Below, in pieces: positions 11,815 through 22,695 of a DNA stretch of 64,000 nucleotides. The translations under genes and the position numbers were made by a program. Positions within the stretch are counted from its first letter, which is position 1; each line of letters begins with the position of its first letter. The notes beneath the pieces are model-generated. The model made no database searches. It worked only from the letters and a program-made list of their open reading frames with translations, and was not told the origin of the DNA. The DNA comes from Gammaproteobacteria bacterium. GTDB lineage: Bacteria > Pseudomonadota > Gammaproteobacteria > JAPPPA01. The DNA is taken from NCBI GenBank assembly GCA_030425645.1, contig JAUHZK010000002.1:192487-256486 (forward strand), in the 5' to 3' direction.

Positions 11815-12759
11815 CTATTTAATGAAGTCCGCCGACTCAGAGAAGGCTGCTTGATAACGGTTGCGGAACTCGTCCAAGCTAAAGTGGTGATTCTGGGTAC
11901 CGGCCGACTCAATCTTAATAGCGCCCATTAGTGATGCCACCCGACCGGTTTGCTGCCAGCTCCAACCCGCTTGCAGGCCTTTTAGCAAACCAGCACGGAA
12001 GCTATCACCGCAACCAGTAGGATCTTTAATATCAGTCACTGGCGCTGCCGGGATTTCCAATGTTTCACCATTGGCGTAAATGCTTGAGCCCTCACCGCCT
12101 TTGGTCACAATCAAAGCCTCAACCTGCTGTGCAATCTCTTCTGCCGACCAGCCAGTGCGCTCACTCAATAGACTAAATTCATAGTCATTAACAGTGACAT
12201 AAGTAGCTTGCTCCACAAAGCGCTTAAGGTCATCGCCGTCAAACATCGGCAAGCCTTGGCCTGGATCAAAAATAAACGGGATGCCAGCGGCTGCAAACTG
12301 GCTGGCATGGTCAATCATGGCGTCGCGGCCATCTGGCGAAACAATGCCCAACGAAATGCTACCGTCTGTAGGAACCGCTTGGCTATGGGCTTCTTGCATA
12401 GCACCCGGGTGAAACGCGGTAATTTGGTTGTCATCTAGATCCGTGGTGATATAGGCCTGCGCGGTGTAGTGCCCGTCTACCGTTTTCACATAACGAGCAT
12501 CAACGCCGGTTTTGACCATCCACTCGGCGTAGCTATCAAAATCTGTACCCACGGTACCCATTGGTAAACCGTCGCCACCCAGCAACTTAAAGTTATAAGC
12601 GATATTGCCAGCGCAACCGCCAAATTCACGCCGCATAGTGGGCACAAAAAAAGCCACGTTTAGCATGTGAATTTTGTCCGGCAGGATGTGGTTCTTAAAG
12701 CGGTCTTCAAAAACCATAATGCTGTCGTAAGCGAAGGATCCGCAGATTAGCGCAGTCAT
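11815..12759 (-). CDS. PfkB-family kinase (bacterial adenosine kinase-like)
   Basis: GSFAYD, FGGCAGNIAY, DPGQ, DPTGCGD.FRAG. Confidence 0.88.
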   Translation of the reverse strand: MTALICGSFAYDSIMVFEDRFKNHILPDKIHMLNVAFFVPTMRREFGGCAGNIAYNFKLLGGDGLPMGTVGTDFDSYAEWMVKTGVDARYVKTVDGHYTAQAYITTDLDDNQITAFHPGAMQEAHSQAVPTDGSISLGIVSPDGRDAMIDHASQFAAAGIPFIFDPGQGLPMFDGDDLKRFVEQATYVTVNDYEFSLLSERTGWSAEEIAQQVEALIVTKGGEGSSIYANGETLEIPAAPVTDIKDPTGCGDSFRAGLLKGLQAGWSWQQTGRVASLMGAIKIESAGTQNHHFSLDEFRNRYQAAFSESADFIK

Positions 12760-12780
12760 GTTGTCTCCAGATTAACAACC

Positions 12781-12858
12781 GAGGGGACAGACCCCTCCAG
12801 TCAATTTTTCGCGCACCGTTTTAATGCGCCATATTTTTCGAAGCGGGGTCTGTCCCCT
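12781..12858. repeat. REP-like inverted doublet AGGGGACAGACCCC / GGGGTCTGTCCCCT
   Basis: Perfect 14-bp inverted repeat (12782..12795, 12845..12858); each arm is itself a GGGG-N5-CCCC palindrome. Confidence 0.7.
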
Positions 12859-12869
12859 TCACTTTCTGA

Positions 12870-14336
12870 TTAGTTCGACCAAACAACGTCTAGTTCACGC
12901 GCGGCTTTAACATCATCTAAACGTCTAACCGGCTGGGTATACGGTGCACCCTTAGCCTGTTCGATGTCGGCTTCCGCTTCACGCAAGATTTCCACCATCG
13001 CTTCAACAAACGCGTCCAAATCTTCCTTGGCTTCAGTCTCCGTTGGCTCAATCAACAAGCACTCCGGCACTAATAGCGGGAAGTAGATCGTTGGCGCGTG
13101 GAAGCCTTTATCCAATAAGCGCTTGGCAATATCGGTTGCCGTTAAGCCAATATCTTTGGCTTGACGCTTTAAGGTCACGATAAATTCATGACTAGCACGA
13201 CGTCCCGGGTAGGCAAGGTCAAAGCCTTCGGCCGACAAGCGCGCTTGCAGGTAATTGGCGTTCAAAGCCGCAAATTCAGCTACGCGATGCATGCCTTCGC
13301 GGCCCAACAAGCGCGCGTAAATATAGGCACGCAAGTTAACGCCAGCGTTACCTGCCCAGCCAGATAGACGGCCAATGCTATCCGGGCATTCAGCCTCGGT
13401 AACATAACGATAGCTGTCGCCTTCTTGCTTCACGTGGGGAATCGGCATAAACGGTAGTAAACGCTCACTCACACCTACAGCACCAGAACCTGGGCCACCG
13501 CCACCATGTGGTGTCGAGAAGGTCTTATGCAGGTTCATATGAATCACATCAAAGCCCATATCACCCGGGCGAACCTTACCCAAAATGGCGTTTAAGTTAG
13601 CGCCATCGTAGTAAAGCATGCCGCCAGCTTCGTGAACGATTTTTGAAATCTCTTCAATCTTGCGCTCAAACACGCCTACTGTAGACGGGTTGGTGAGCAT
13701 GATGCCGGCTGTTTTAGGGCCTACAACAGCTTTCAGCGCCTCGATATCAACATCGCCTTCTGGATTCGTTGGAATCTCTTTCACCACACAGCCACACATG
13801 ACCGCGGTAGCAGGGTTGGTGCCGTGGGCGGCGTCCGGCACGATAATTTCATTACGCTCCATATCACCGCGCTTACGGTGATAAGCCATGATCATAGCGA
13901 CGCCGGCAAATTCGCCCTGCGCGCCCGCCATTGGCGTTAGCGAAACGCCCTTCATGCCGGTCACGTCCTGCAAAATTTCTTGCAGGTCATGCATGCAAGC
14001 CAAAAATCCTTGGCTATGACTGGCCGGAGCCAAAGGATGGCGTCCAAGAAAGTTCGGCAACATTGCCAAGGTATTACAAGCGCGAGGGTTGTATTTCATG
14101 GTGCAGCTACCGAGCGGGTAAAACTGCGTATCAATTGAGAAGTTCTTTTGCGACAGACGCGTGTAGTGACGCACCACTTGCAGCTCTGAAGTTTCAGGCA
14201 ACATCGGCTTATCTTCACGCAGCAAGGCCTGTGGCAGATCACTAAAATCAGCAGGCGCTACTGGCGATTGCACGGTGGCACGACGGCCAGCGACGGAATG
14301 CTCGAAAATCACCTTTTCCATTTTCACAGAATCCAT
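12870..14336 (-). CDS. gcvPB: Glycine dehydrogenase (decarboxylating) subunit 2
   Basis: [40 protein letters not shown]-lysine motif. Confidence 0.97.
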   Translation of the reverse strand: MDSVKMEKVIFEHSVAGRRATVQSPVAPADFSDLPQALLREDKPMLPETSELQVVRHYTRLSQKNFSIDTQFYPLGSCTMKYNPRACNTLAMLPNFLGRHPLAPASHSQGFLACMHDLQEILQDVTGMKGVSLTPMAGAQGEFAGVAMIMAYHRKRGDMERNEIIVPDAAHGTNPATAVMCGCVVKEIPTNPEGDVDIEALKAVVGPKTAGIMLTNPSTVGVFERKIEEISKIVHEAGGMLYYDGANLNAILGKVRPGDMGFDVIHMNLHKTFSTPHGGGGPGSGAVGVSERLLPFMPIPHVKQEGDSYRYVTEAECPDSIGRLSGWAGNAGVNLRAYIYARLLGREGMHRVAEFAALNANYLQARLSAEGFDLAYPGRRASHEFIVTLKRQAKDIGLTATDIAKRLLDKGFHAPTIYFPLLVPECLLIEPTETEAKEDLDAFVEAMVEILREAEADIEQAKGAPYTQPVRRLDDVKAARELDVVWSN

Positions 14337-15706
14337 TACAGCGCCTCCCCATTCAATACTTCATCTAAGGCCGCAGCATAAGCAGCAATATCAGCGTCAT
14401 TCTTAGTCTCGGTGGTGCATACCAGCAACGCGTTTTCATACTGTGGGTAGTCGTCTGAGACAGCGACTCCGGCCAAGAAACCAAGATTCGCCATTTGCTC
14501 AATCACAACTGCTGCCGGTTTAGACAGCGTAATCAGCGCCTCATGGAAGTGAGGACCGGCGTGAGCCAATGAAACACCGTCAACTGCGTCCAGCGCCGTT
14601 AACAGCTTATTGATATTGCTATGTGATGCACCCGCCACACGGGCCAAGCCTTCCGGACCCAGCAACGACATATAAATCGTAGAAGCGGTGACGCACAAAC
14701 CTTGGTTAGTACAAATATTCGAAGTCGCCTTAGAGCGACGGATATGTTGCTCACGCGCTTGCAGCGTTAGTGCAAAACCAGGGTTGCCGTCTAAATCAAC
14801 GGTACGACCAACAATACGACCCGGCATTTGTCGCGCCAGCGGCTGCTTGCAGCACATAAAGCCGTAATAAGGCCCACCAGAGCTCATCGGTACGCCTAAC
14901 GGCTGACCTTCACCACAGGCGATATCTGCGCCCTTCTCGCCCCACTGGCCCGGCGCTTTCAAAGCAGCCAAACTCATTGGGTTCACTACTGCCACGACTA
15001 ACATGCCATTAGCGTGTGCCCAGTTGGTCATTTCATCAACCGCTTCTAAGCTACCGAAGAAGTTAGGTTGCTGAATCACCAAGGCGGCATAATCTTCACC
15101 AGCGTGCGCTTCCAAAGCTGCAGTAACGGTAGTGCCGCTAGCGTTATCAAACGGCACTTCGTCCCAACTGATATTTTGGTTATGCACAATCGCATTGGTC
15201 ACTTTGCAATAAGTCGGGTTTACCGTACCGGCAACCAACAACTTGCGTGACTTACTCTTACGGTTACCACGTACCGCCATCAACACGGCTTCTGCCATGG
15301 CCGAGGCACCGTCGTATAAGGACGCGTTAGAAATATCCATACCAGTGAGGCTAGCCATCATGCTCTGGTATTCATAAATCAACTGCAACGTACCTTGGCT
15401 GGCTTCTGCCTGATACGGTGTGTAAGCACTGTAGTACTCACCACGCGTGGTGATTTCCCATACCGCCGCCGGAATATGATGGTCATACGCACCAGCGCCA
15501 GCGAAGCAACGCAGCGCTTGGTCATCTGCCGCACGCTCATGCAGCAAACGCGTGACTTCATATTCGGTTAGGCCTTCTGGCACGCCTTCTAACTTGCCGC
15601 AACGCAGGTTGTCAGGGATTTCATCAAAAACCGCCTCGATGCTATCAACACCAATGGTGTCTAGCATCGAACGAATTTCACTATCGGTATGGGGGATAAA
15701 TGGCAT
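14336..15706 (-). CDS. gcvPA: Glycine dehydrogenase (decarboxylating) subunit 1
   Basis: [36 protein letters not shown]. Confidence 0.97.
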   Translation of the reverse strand: MPFIPHTDSEIRSMLDTIGVDSIEAVFDEIPDNLRCGKLEGVPEGLTEYEVTRLLHERAADDQALRCFAGAGAYDHHIPAAVWEITTRGEYYSAYTPYQAEASQGTLQLIYEYQSMMASLTGMDISNASLYDGASAMAEAVLMAVRGNRKSKSRKLLVAGTVNPTYCKVTNAIVHNQNISWDEVPFDNASGTTVTAALEAHAGEDYAALVIQQPNFFGSLEAVDEMTNWAHANGMLVVAVVNPMSLAALKAPGQWGEKGADIACGEGQPLGVPMSSGGPYYGFMCCKQPLARQMPGRIVGRTVDLDGNPGFALTLQAREQHIRRSKATSNICTNQGLCVTASTIYMSLLGPEGLARVAGASHSNINKLLTALDAVDGVSLAHAGPHFHEALITLSKPAAVVIEQMANLGFLAGVAVSDDYPQYENALLVCTTETKNDADIAAYAAALDEVLNGEAL

Positions 15707-15821
15707 GGCTAATCCAGCTATTCAAAAAACCACTGTTAATGCGAACAAACGAAGGCGACAACCGGCGCCACAAACCGTGGCACCAATGCGCTCCTCGCAT
15801 TAACGAGAAATAGAAAAGAAA

Positions 15822-16208
15822 CTAGTCTTCTAAAGACGCTTCGTAGCCAGCAGCATCTAGCAAGGCATCAGTTTCAGAAGCATCGTCGGCCTTAACAATG
15901 GCAATCCAGCCATCTTCATATGGCGAGTCATTAACGGTTTCAGGCGCATCCGCCAAGGCTTCATTCGCCTCTACTACCTCACCACTAATCGGTGCGTATA
16001 CATCAGAGGCAGCTTTTACTGATTCAACCACGGCAAAATCATCACCGGCGCTAAAGTGGTCACCCACTTCTGGCGTTTCTACAAATACCAAATCACCCAA
16101 GGCTTCTTGAGCGTGGTCGGTAATACCAACAGTAAAGGTACCGTCGCCGTTGTCTTTTACCCACTCGTGGGACTTCGCGTATTTCAGTTCTGCTGGAATG
16201 TTGCTCAT
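15822..16208 (-). CDS. gcvH: Glycine cleavage system H protein
   Basis: [18 protein letters not shown] lipoyl-Lys motif; AGGAG RBS. Confidence 0.98.
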   Translation of the reverse strand: MSNIPAELKYAKSHEWVKDNGDGTFTVGITDHAQEALGDLVFVETPEVGDHFSAGDDFAVVESVKAASDVYAPISGEVVEANEALADAPETVNDSPYEDGWIAIVKADDASETDALLDAAGYEASLED

Positions 16209-16234
16209 CACAAACTCCTAAAGGAAAAAATAAA

Positions 16235-17323
16235 TTAAATAAGAGGCTTGCCGTTACGTACAAACGGGTATTTCACCACGCGCGCAGGCACTTGTTTGTT
16301 TCGAATTTGCACATTGACTTGCTCACCAGTGCTACTGGCAACTCGAGCCAAGGCGATAGATTGTTCCAATGAAGGCGACCAAGTACCTGAGGTCACTTCG
16401 CCAACTTCTTGATCATCTACAATAATCTTCTGATGACCACGTAATACGCCGCGGCCTTCTAATACCAAGCCGACCATTTTGCGAGGTACGCCAGCGTCTT
16501 TCTGTGCTTGCAGTGCGGCGCGGCCATTAAAGTCTCGGTCGTCCTGCATCGCCACTGTCCAAGCAAGGCCTGACTCCAAAGGCGAGGTAGTTTCATCCAT
16601 ATCTGAACCGTATAGATTCATACCGGCTTCTAAACGCAGCGTGTCTCGTGCGCCCAAACCACAGGGACGAACACCGGCTTCGACCAGTTGGTTCCAAAAA
16701 CCTTCGGCATCAGCCGCCGGCAGAATAATTTCGTAACCGTCTTCGCCGGTGTAACCGGTACGACCAATAAACAGCTCGCCTTCACTGGCGGCACTAAATG
16801 GTTTTAGCTCCGCCGCCTCGGCCGCTAATGCGCCAGACACTAGGCCATGTACTTTTCCACGCGCCTCAGGGCCCTGGACCGCAATCATGCCTAATTCCGG
16901 ACGTTCAGTAACGCTAAGATCACGGCCTTCAGCTTGCGCGGTGATCCATGCCATATCTTTCTCGCGGGTAGCGGCATTCACTACCAAACGGAACCAATCT
17001 TCTGACATGAAATAAATAATAAGATCGTCAATAACGCCACCCTGCTCATCCAGCATGCAGGTATACAGCGCTTTACCCGCGGCTTTTAGCTTACTGACGT
17101 CATTTGCCACCAGCTGTTGTAGAAACGCACGCACATCGGCGCCGCGCAAATCAACAACGGTCATATGTGAGACATCAAACATGCCACTAGCTTGGCGAAC
17201 AGCGTGATGCTCTTCCACCTGCGAACCATAGTGCACCGGCATTTCCCAGCCAGCAAAATCAACCAACTTGCCGCCGGCGGCGACATGGGCGTTATAAAGA
17301 GGCGTACGAGCTGGAGCTGACAT
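16235..17323 (-). CDS. gcvT: Aminomethyltransferase (glycine cleavage T protein)
   Basis: [37 protein letters not shown]. Confidence 0.98.
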   Translation of the reverse strand: MSAPARTPLYNAHVAAGGKLVDFAGWEMPVHYGSQVEEHHAVRQASGMFDVSHMTVVDLRGADVRAFLQQLVANDVSKLKAAGKALYTCMLDEQGGVIDDLIIYFMSEDWFRLVVNAATREKDMAWITAQAEGRDLSVTERPELGMIAVQGPEARGKVHGLVSGALAAEAAELKPFSAASEGELFIGRTGYTGEDGYEIILPAADAEGFWNQLVEAGVRPCGLGARDTLRLEAGMNLYGSDMDETTSPLESGLAWTVAMQDDRDFNGRAALQAQKDAGVPRKMVGLVLEGRGVLRGHQKIIVDDQEVGEVTSGTWSPSLEQSIALARVASSTGEQVNVQIRNKQVPARVVKYPFVRNGKPLI

Positions 17324-17346
17324 AAACAATCCCTGAGTTTCAGATA

Positions 17347-17422
17347 CAAAAAAGGGGCGACAAAGTGTATCTCAGGCAGCTAGCTTTCCTAGCCCCATTT
17401 GAGAATAAACTTTGTCGCCCCT
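17347..17422 (-). terminator. Riboswitch expression-platform intrinsic terminator
   Basis: AGGGGCGACAAAGT ... ACTTTGTCGCCCCT followed by a T-run on the minus strand; the 5' arm overlaps the 3' end of aptamer 2. Confidence 0.85.
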
Positions 17423-17632
17423 CTGTCCGTGTACCTGAGAGATTGGGACTTAGCTGGCAACGCTAATGATGCCGCAAAGCCCTTTCCCCTTCGGTGGGTA
17501 TTACTGAGCAATACCACTCTCCAGAGTCGATTAGCCCAATGGCCTAATGTGGCGGTCCTGATACCTGAGCGATTCCGAGCGAGTTGCGCCTTCGGCGTTT
17601 GTGAAACAGACGTTTCCCAAACTCTCCCACCA
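17418..17632 (-). ncRNA. Tandem glycine riboswitch (two aptamers)
   Basis: Minus strand: GGGAGAG...GCCGAAGGCGCAA...CTCAGG..AGGAC, then CTCTGGAGAG...CACCGAAGGGG...TCTCAGG..GGACAGAG; directly upstream of gcvT. Confidence 0.95.
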
Positions 17633-17947
17633 AATTACCGACTAGCTGCTTTGCTGATCACAGACCAAACTGCAGGCATAGCCAAAATCGTGCAGCGATT
17701 CTAACAGTTTCCTAGTATTTGTCACCGTATTTCCACCGCCTTGGTCTTAACAAGCGAGCAGACAAATGTACACAACAAAAACGCCACCAATATCTTGACT
17801 TGACATTAGTCTTAGTGAACACTTGTTTCGTAGTTGTAGATAGATTCGTTAATTTTTTGAACTGCTGCTTGAAACAGTGTTTTGAAATGGTTTTATGAGT
17901 CGTTACGACGATATGATTAGGGAAATCATGTAGGGGTATATAGAAGC

Positions 17948-18574
17948 ATGAGACGTCACGTCATTAAAGACACTCAAACCGCGATCCTTGATCGCTGTTT
18001 AAAGCTGTTTGCAGATAAGGGTTATGCAGGCACATCGATGCGCGACATTGCGCGAGAAATGGACTTATCAGTCGCTGCGGTCTACCACCACTTCCCTAGT
18101 AAGAAAGATTTATATGCTGCCGTTGCGCAACATGCCTTCCGCGATAAAAAGCCCGCTTTGCTTGCCGCCATTAGCGGCCACGGCCCAGCCACAGAGCGCC
18201 TACGTTCATTAATGCGCCAATACGCGGAGCTGGTATCAGAAGACCCCGTATTCCATCGATTCTTCCAGCGTGAACTGCTAGACGCAGACCAGCAACGCTT
18301 GGAATTGTTAGCGAAAAACTTCTTCTACGAAGCCTATACCGAAATCCAAGATCTCATTCGCGAAGCTGCGCCTAGCTTTGATCCGTACATGTTCCTGACA
18401 TCAATGTTTGCGATGGTCATGTATCACTATCAGTTAGGCGACATGCACAACTATCTACCAGGCGTACCGACTCGCGTATCTGACCCGTCATATGTGACTG
18501 ACCATGTAATGCGCATGCTTTCAGAAGGCGTAGGGCAACCACAGGAAGCGGCTAACGTAGTCTCGTTCCGCTAG
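17948..18574 (+). CDS. TetR/AcrR family regulator
   Basis: LFADKGYAGTSMRDIA...AVYHHFPSKKDLY HTH. Confidence 0.93.
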   Translation: MRRHVIKDTQTAILDRCLKLFADKGYAGTSMRDIAREMDLSVAAVYHHFPSKKDLYAAVAQHAFRDKKPALLAAISGHGPATERLRSLMRQYAELVSEDPVFHRFFQRELLDADQQRLELLAKNFFYEAYTEIQDLIREAAPSFDPYMFLTSMFAMVMYHYQLGDMHNYLPGVPTRVSDPSYVTDHVMRMLSEGVGQPQEAANVVSFR

Positions 18575-18602
18575 ACGAAATAAAATAACATTGAGCTTAC
18601 TG

Positions 18603-18635
18603 AACCTGCCTGGGCAACCATGGCAGGTTTTTTTA
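18603..18635 (+). terminator. Intrinsic terminator
   Basis: AACCTGCC...GGCAGGTT followed by a T-run. Confidence 0.8.
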
Positions 18636-18666
18636 TAGCCTAGACGTTGCTATCGCCTAGATTGGG

Positions 18667-19941
18667 CTAGTCAGCACTAATCGCCAAGCGAGCCAACTCT
18701 TGACGCAGCAAAGGTACCGCCCCAACTGCAGCCATCCCCGCGCTCACCAATGCCCGCAAGCCTCGGCCCTTAGCAAAACCGACAAAGCCGCTAACTTCTG
18801 CTTTAGATGAACCATGCTCGCCGTAAAGTCGATACAACCGGTAAAGACCATCGGTCAGCATCATCATTTCTGCTGTTTTCGCTCGACGTTTACGCTGCCA
18901 AGCTTGCAGATGAGCGGCTTCCGCGCCCTTTTCAAACGCAGTAATTAGCCCCTTCACATCCATCAGGCCCAAATTAAGACCCTGCCCCGCCAAAGGGTGA
19001 ATGCTATGCGCGGAGTCGCCGACTAGAAAACAACGCCCGGCAAGATATTTCTCAGCCTGCGCTAGGCGCAAAGGAAACCCAAAGCGTTTACCTACCGCCA
19101 CCGCACTATCGCCGACGGCCTCGCCAACAGCGGCATTAAAGGCCGCGAGAAAGTCGGCATCATTCAAGTTTGATAGCCGCTCATATTCCTGTTGCTCAAG
19201 CGACCAGACGACACTGCTATCACCGCTTGCCAATGGCAGCAACGCCAACGGCCCGCTCGGTAGAAAACGCTGCCAAGCAGTACGATCAACAGCCAGGGCC
19301 TTCGACGCTGCAGATTCAGCACCTGAGCGGTTGGCAGTAACACCACCCCAACTCACTGAGCAGACAATAGCGTTCTGCTGGTAACTCCAACCCTGCGAAC
19401 GAATTCCCAGCGCTTGCCGCAAACCCGACTGCGCACCTTCCGCGACAACCAGCCACTCAGCCTGCAAACGCTCGCCGGACGTTAATGTCAGGCTGACTAA
19501 GTCTTCAGTCTGAAAAATTTCCTGATATTCAGAGCGCCATAAGGTGCTAACGCCAAGTGACTGCGCGCGTTGCTGCAACGAATATTGCAGCAAATCATTT
19601 TCGGCGATTGCTCCAAGCGTCGGCTTGGCAAGCTCAGTGGCGGAAAACTGAACACTGTCAAAACTGCCGTCAGTCCAGATATACATATCTTGATACTGTC
19701 GTATTCGGCTTGCGTCACCGGGCCAAGCACCCAGCTGCTCCAACAGCACCATACTTGCCGGAGACAGCGCCGAAACCCGCGGCCGAAGCTCACCATTTAT
19801 TGGAGCGGGCTCCGCAGCACAATCAAGCAACGTTACCGAATAGCCCAGACCTTGCAGACCGCAGGCCGCCGAGAGCCCTACGACTCCCCCGCCGACCACA
19901 ATCACACGTTTTCGGAAAGCGTTTGTCTTAGCGTTTGTCAT
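18667..19941 (-). CDS. UbiI/UbiF/VisC-family FAD-dependent hydroxylase
   Basis: VVGGGVVG, GDSAHSIHPLAGQGLNLG; follows ubiH; start trimmed to the ATG at 19941. Confidence 0.88.
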   Translation of the reverse strand: MTNAKTNAFRKRVIVVGGGVVGLSAACGLQGLGYSVTLLDCAAEPAPINGELRPRVSALSPASMVLLEQLGAWPGDASRIRQYQDMYIWTDGSFDSVQFSATELAKPTLGAIAENDLLQYSLQQRAQSLGVSTLWRSEYQEIFQTEDLVSLTLTSGERLQAEWLVVAEGAQSGLRQALGIRSQGWSYQQNAIVCSVSWGGVTANRSGAESAASKALAVDRTAWQRFLPSGPLALLPLASGDSSVVWSLEQQEYERLSNLNDADFLAAFNAAVGEAVGDSAVAVGKRFGFPLRLAQAEKYLAGRCFLVGDSAHSIHPLAGQGLNLGLMDVKGLITAFEKGAEAAHLQAWQRKRRAKTAEMMMLTDGLYRLYRLYGEHGSSKAEVSGFVGFAKGRGLRALVSAGMAAVGAVPLLRQELARLAISAD

Positions 19942-19958
19942 CGCGAACCTTATATTCT

Positions 19959-21191
19959 TTACAGTTCTACCAACGGCCGACACAACGCCGGCAATTCGGC
20001 ATGAAAACCACTGGCACGACGAGCCAACATATTGCGCGCCCCTTGCCACTGCCCAAAGGCAGCCAAACCCAGACCAAACCCACTGCTGAGCGCTGACCCG
20101 GTTGGTAATGCTGTTGCCGTCGCCAGCTGTGTCGTCAATGCCAGCATTTGCTGCCGATCCAGTCTGCGCGACTGCGCGTAACGCCGTAGCACATCAGCGG
20201 CGCCACAGTCTCGCTGTCCGCCGAGCTGCTCAATTAAACTCGCGGCGTCTCGCAGCCCCAAGTTAAAACCTTGGCCAGCAACGGGATGCAACGCTTGGGC
20301 GGCGTTACCCAAGATCACCGCACGCGGCGCGACAACCTGGTCGGCGGCAACAATATCCAATGGAAAAGCGAGACGTTGGCTATGTTCTAACACCCCGCCT
20401 AACGGCGCGCCACAAGCGTGTTGCAACAGCTCAGCAAACACCGTTGAATCGGCATTTATCCGCTCAGCAGTTTGCTCGGCACTACCGCACCAAACTAAGT
20501 TGTATAACTGTTTCCCTAGGGGCAGCAACGCCAAAGGCCCATTAGCTGTAAACCGCTCAAAGGCACGCCCTTGACCATCTTTCTCAAACCGCAGATTGCA
20601 AACAATGGCAGATTGCCCGCTGGCAATGGTTTGCGACGCCACACCCATTTGTTCACGCAAAAGAGAACGACCGCCATCCGCCACCACTAGCAACTGCGCC
20701 GACAACTCAGTGCCGTCATCTAAATTCACAAGCATACGGCTATCGGCTTCACTCGCAGACAATACCCGACGCCCCCAATAACCGGTCGGTGCTATATCAG
20801 CCGACAACTGCGCCCAAGCGCTGTTTAGCGCTGCGGCCAACGACACGTTCGGCACAACATAGCCGAACGCGTCTAACTCAATATCCGTGGCGCGCAGGCG
20901 TGTTTTTCCCCAACGCCCTTGTTTTGACACATCGATAGCACGAATCGCAGCTGCCTGCGGTGCCAGTGTCGACCACAAATCAAACTGCCGAAAAAGGTTA
21001 ATGCTGCTCATCGCACATGCTGTCGCACGCCGATCAAAACTGTCTGAGGATTGCCCCTCGGCAGCGTCAGCGATCGACACCGGATCAATACAGGCAACCT
21101 TGGTACCGCACTGAGCGAGCCCATAGGCCAATACGGCGCCAACCATGCCGCCGCCGGCGATCACTACATCATAGGAGGCCGCGTGCGCCAT
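19959..21191 (-). CDS. ubiH: 2-octaprenyl-6-methoxyphenol hydroxylase
   Basis: IAGGGMVG, FERFT.NGPLALLP, GNAAQALHPVAGQGFNLGLRD (UbiH-type GNAA). Confidence 0.9.
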   Translation of the reverse strand: MAHAASYDVVIAGGGMVGAVLAYGLAQCGTKVACIDPVSIADAAEGQSSDSFDRRATACAMSSINLFRQFDLWSTLAPQAAAIRAIDVSKQGRWGKTRLRATDIELDAFGYVVPNVSLAAALNSAWAQLSADIAPTGYWGRRVLSASEADSRMLVNLDDGTELSAQLLVVADGGRSLLREQMGVASQTIASGQSAIVCNLRFEKDGQGRAFERFTANGPLALLPLGKQLYNLVWCGSAEQTAERINADSTVFAELLQHACGAPLGGVLEHSQRLAFPLDIVAADQVVAPRAVILGNAAQALHPVAGQGFNLGLRDAASLIEQLGGQRDCGAADVLRRYAQSRRLDRQQMLALTTQLATATALPTGSALSSGFGLGLAAFGQWQGARNMLARRASGFHAELPALCRPLVEL

Positions 21192-21194
21192 AAA

Positions 21195-21821
21195 CTATTG
21201 CAACTGATCCGATGCTGGCGCCATAGGAGGCGCACCATCACTCGCCGAATCTTTTGACTCGTCGCGGCCTAACTCCAAGGCACAGGTAAATGCCGCTGTG
21301 CGTACGTACTCCAGCAACTCCACAAAATCGCTCTCCGCGTCGTTGCCCGAAACCTCCTCAGCATCAACCCGAGAAATCTCTGCGAGATCCGCCAGCATTT
21401 CATGGATATTGCCGGGCAAGTCATTATCGCGCACAGAACCACCATCAGTACCCAAAGCAATGCCGCAGCCATGGATAAACCCAGCACACCACCCCGCAAG
21501 CCCGCCGAGCTGAATACCTAAGCTGGCTTCTTCACTAGGCAATAACGGCACCCACTCCATCTCATCAAGGGCATGTAGTTCTTGCGCATGCTCTGCCAAG
21601 CCGGCCACCAACTTAACCAGAAAGCCCTGCTGCAAAGCATCCAGCTGACGCTGCTCACCATCGGCCAGATAATCCATCAATGACTGCATCAGTTTTCTGA
21701 CAGGGACGCCCGGGCCTTTCACCAACAGACCAGCTACTAGTCCATCCAACTCAGCCAACTGAACATCTTTGTTCAACTGTGAGACTAATTCTTGAAGTTC
21801 TTTGTAATCGGGTAATGACAC
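21195..21821 (-). CDS. UPF0149 / YgfB family protein
   Basis: AELDG..AGLL, WCAGF..G, DLAEI, ELLEYVR; divergent from the zapA unit. Confidence 0.85.
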   Translation of the reverse strand: MSLPDYKELQELVSQLNKDVQLAELDGLVAGLLVKGPGVPVRKLMQSLMDYLADGEQRQLDALQQGFLVKLVAGLAEHAQELHALDEMEWVPLLPSEEASLGIQLGGLAGWCAGFIHGCGIALGTDGGSVRDNDLPGNIHEMLADLAEISRVDAEEVSGNDAESDFVELLEYVRTAAFTCALELGRDESKDSASDGAPPMAPASDQLQ

Positions 21822-21899
21822 AGGTTTCGCCTTGGGTATACTCTGGCGGCATCATACCGAAAACCACCCGCAGACTGCGCTGAAAACACAAACACAATC

Positions 21900-22130
21900 A
21901 TGAACAGCCACGCACCACTATTTGAAGAAACCGGCGACGACAGCGCCGATCAACTGGTTATAAAACTGAACCAAGCTTGCGAGCTGCTAATGGCACAAAA
22001 CAGCAAGCTTCAAGAAACCGTCGCCAAGTTAGATGCCGAACTAAATCAGCGCAGCCAAACCGAAGCGGCCACCAAACAACGAATTGAAAGCTTAATCCAA
22101 CGCCTAAAACTGTTGGAACAAGAGGCTTAA
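21900..22130 (+). CDS. Small coiled-coil protein (TIGR02449/ZapB-like)
   Basis: C-terminal RIESLIQRLKLLEQ; directly upstream of zapA. Confidence 0.75.
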   Translation: MNSHAPLFEETGDDSADQLVIKLNQACELLMAQNSKLQETVAKLDAELNQRSQTEAATKQRIESLIQRLKLLEQEA

Positions 22131-22137
22131 TCTCACC

Positions 22138-22458
22138 ATGAGTAAAAAGAACGACGAACGCGTCAGCGTTACCGTGCAGGTAATGGACAAACCTTTCACC
22201 CTAAGCTGCAGTGTTGACGAACGCCCCGCATTACTTGATTCAGCTAATTTGCTTAATGAAGAGATGCGCAAACTAAAACCAGCTACCGGCAACCCGGATT
22301 ACGAAAAAATAGCTGTTGTCAGCGCCCTGAACTTGGCAGACGAACTGCTCAAACTGAGAGTTAGCGCCCAAGAACCGCCACGCTCTGCATTAAGTGCGGA
22401 GGTGGTGTCACAAGCCCAAGTAACGCTTAAAGCGGTTGCTGAGCAGCAGCGCAAATAG
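22138..22458 (+). CDS. zapA: Cell division protein ZapA
   Basis: V.V.VMDKPF.LSC, EKIAVVSALNLADELL; followed by 6S RNA. Confidence 0.9.
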   Translation: MSKKNDERVSVTVQVMDKPFTLSCSVDERPALLDSANLLNEEMRKLKPATGNPDYEKIAVVSALNLADELLKLRVSAQEPPRSALSAEVVSQAQVTLKAVAEQQRK

Positions 22459-22490
22459 CCACAAATGCTGACTAACGCCAACTAGGCCAA

Positions 22491-22499
22491 TGGTATACT
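22491..22499 (+). promoter_or_regulatory. Extended -10 promoter of 6S RNA
   Basis: TGGTATACT about 7 nt before the 6S terminal stem. Confidence 0.7.
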
Positions 22500-22506
22500 G
22501 GCGGCT

Positions 22507-22695
22507 CATCACCTGCGGTGTACGACAGGTTTGTCATAAACCCTTGAGCCTATTCACCGATACAGGGACTTGTCGGGGATGTGCGGTGTGCATGGCCGTT
22601 ATTTATGCGGTAAGCCTATGCCTCCCAATTTCAGGTCCCGCCTTGAACTTAACTGGTTCAAGGATATTGGCAACCAACGGCACAGGCGGGTGATG
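22507..22695 (+). ncRNA. ssrS: 6S RNA
   Basis: zapA-[RNA]-ygfA synteny; terminal stem CATCACCTGC/GCGGGTGATG; CCTTGAAC...GTTCAAGG motif; about 190 nt. Confidence 0.9.

Noticed and set aside
17399-17704. 101-aa plus-strand ORF
   Set aside because: Antisense to the glycine riboswitch; no recognisable protein features
17795-17890. AACA-N2-TGTT-like boxes upstream of the TetR gene as operators
   Set aside because: Short, imperfect, in AT-rich DNA, and no correctly spaced -10 for the nearby TTGACA; too weak to call
22490-22693. 67-aa ORF and the 41-aa N-terminal extension of ygfA
   Set aside because: Both coincide with 6S RNA
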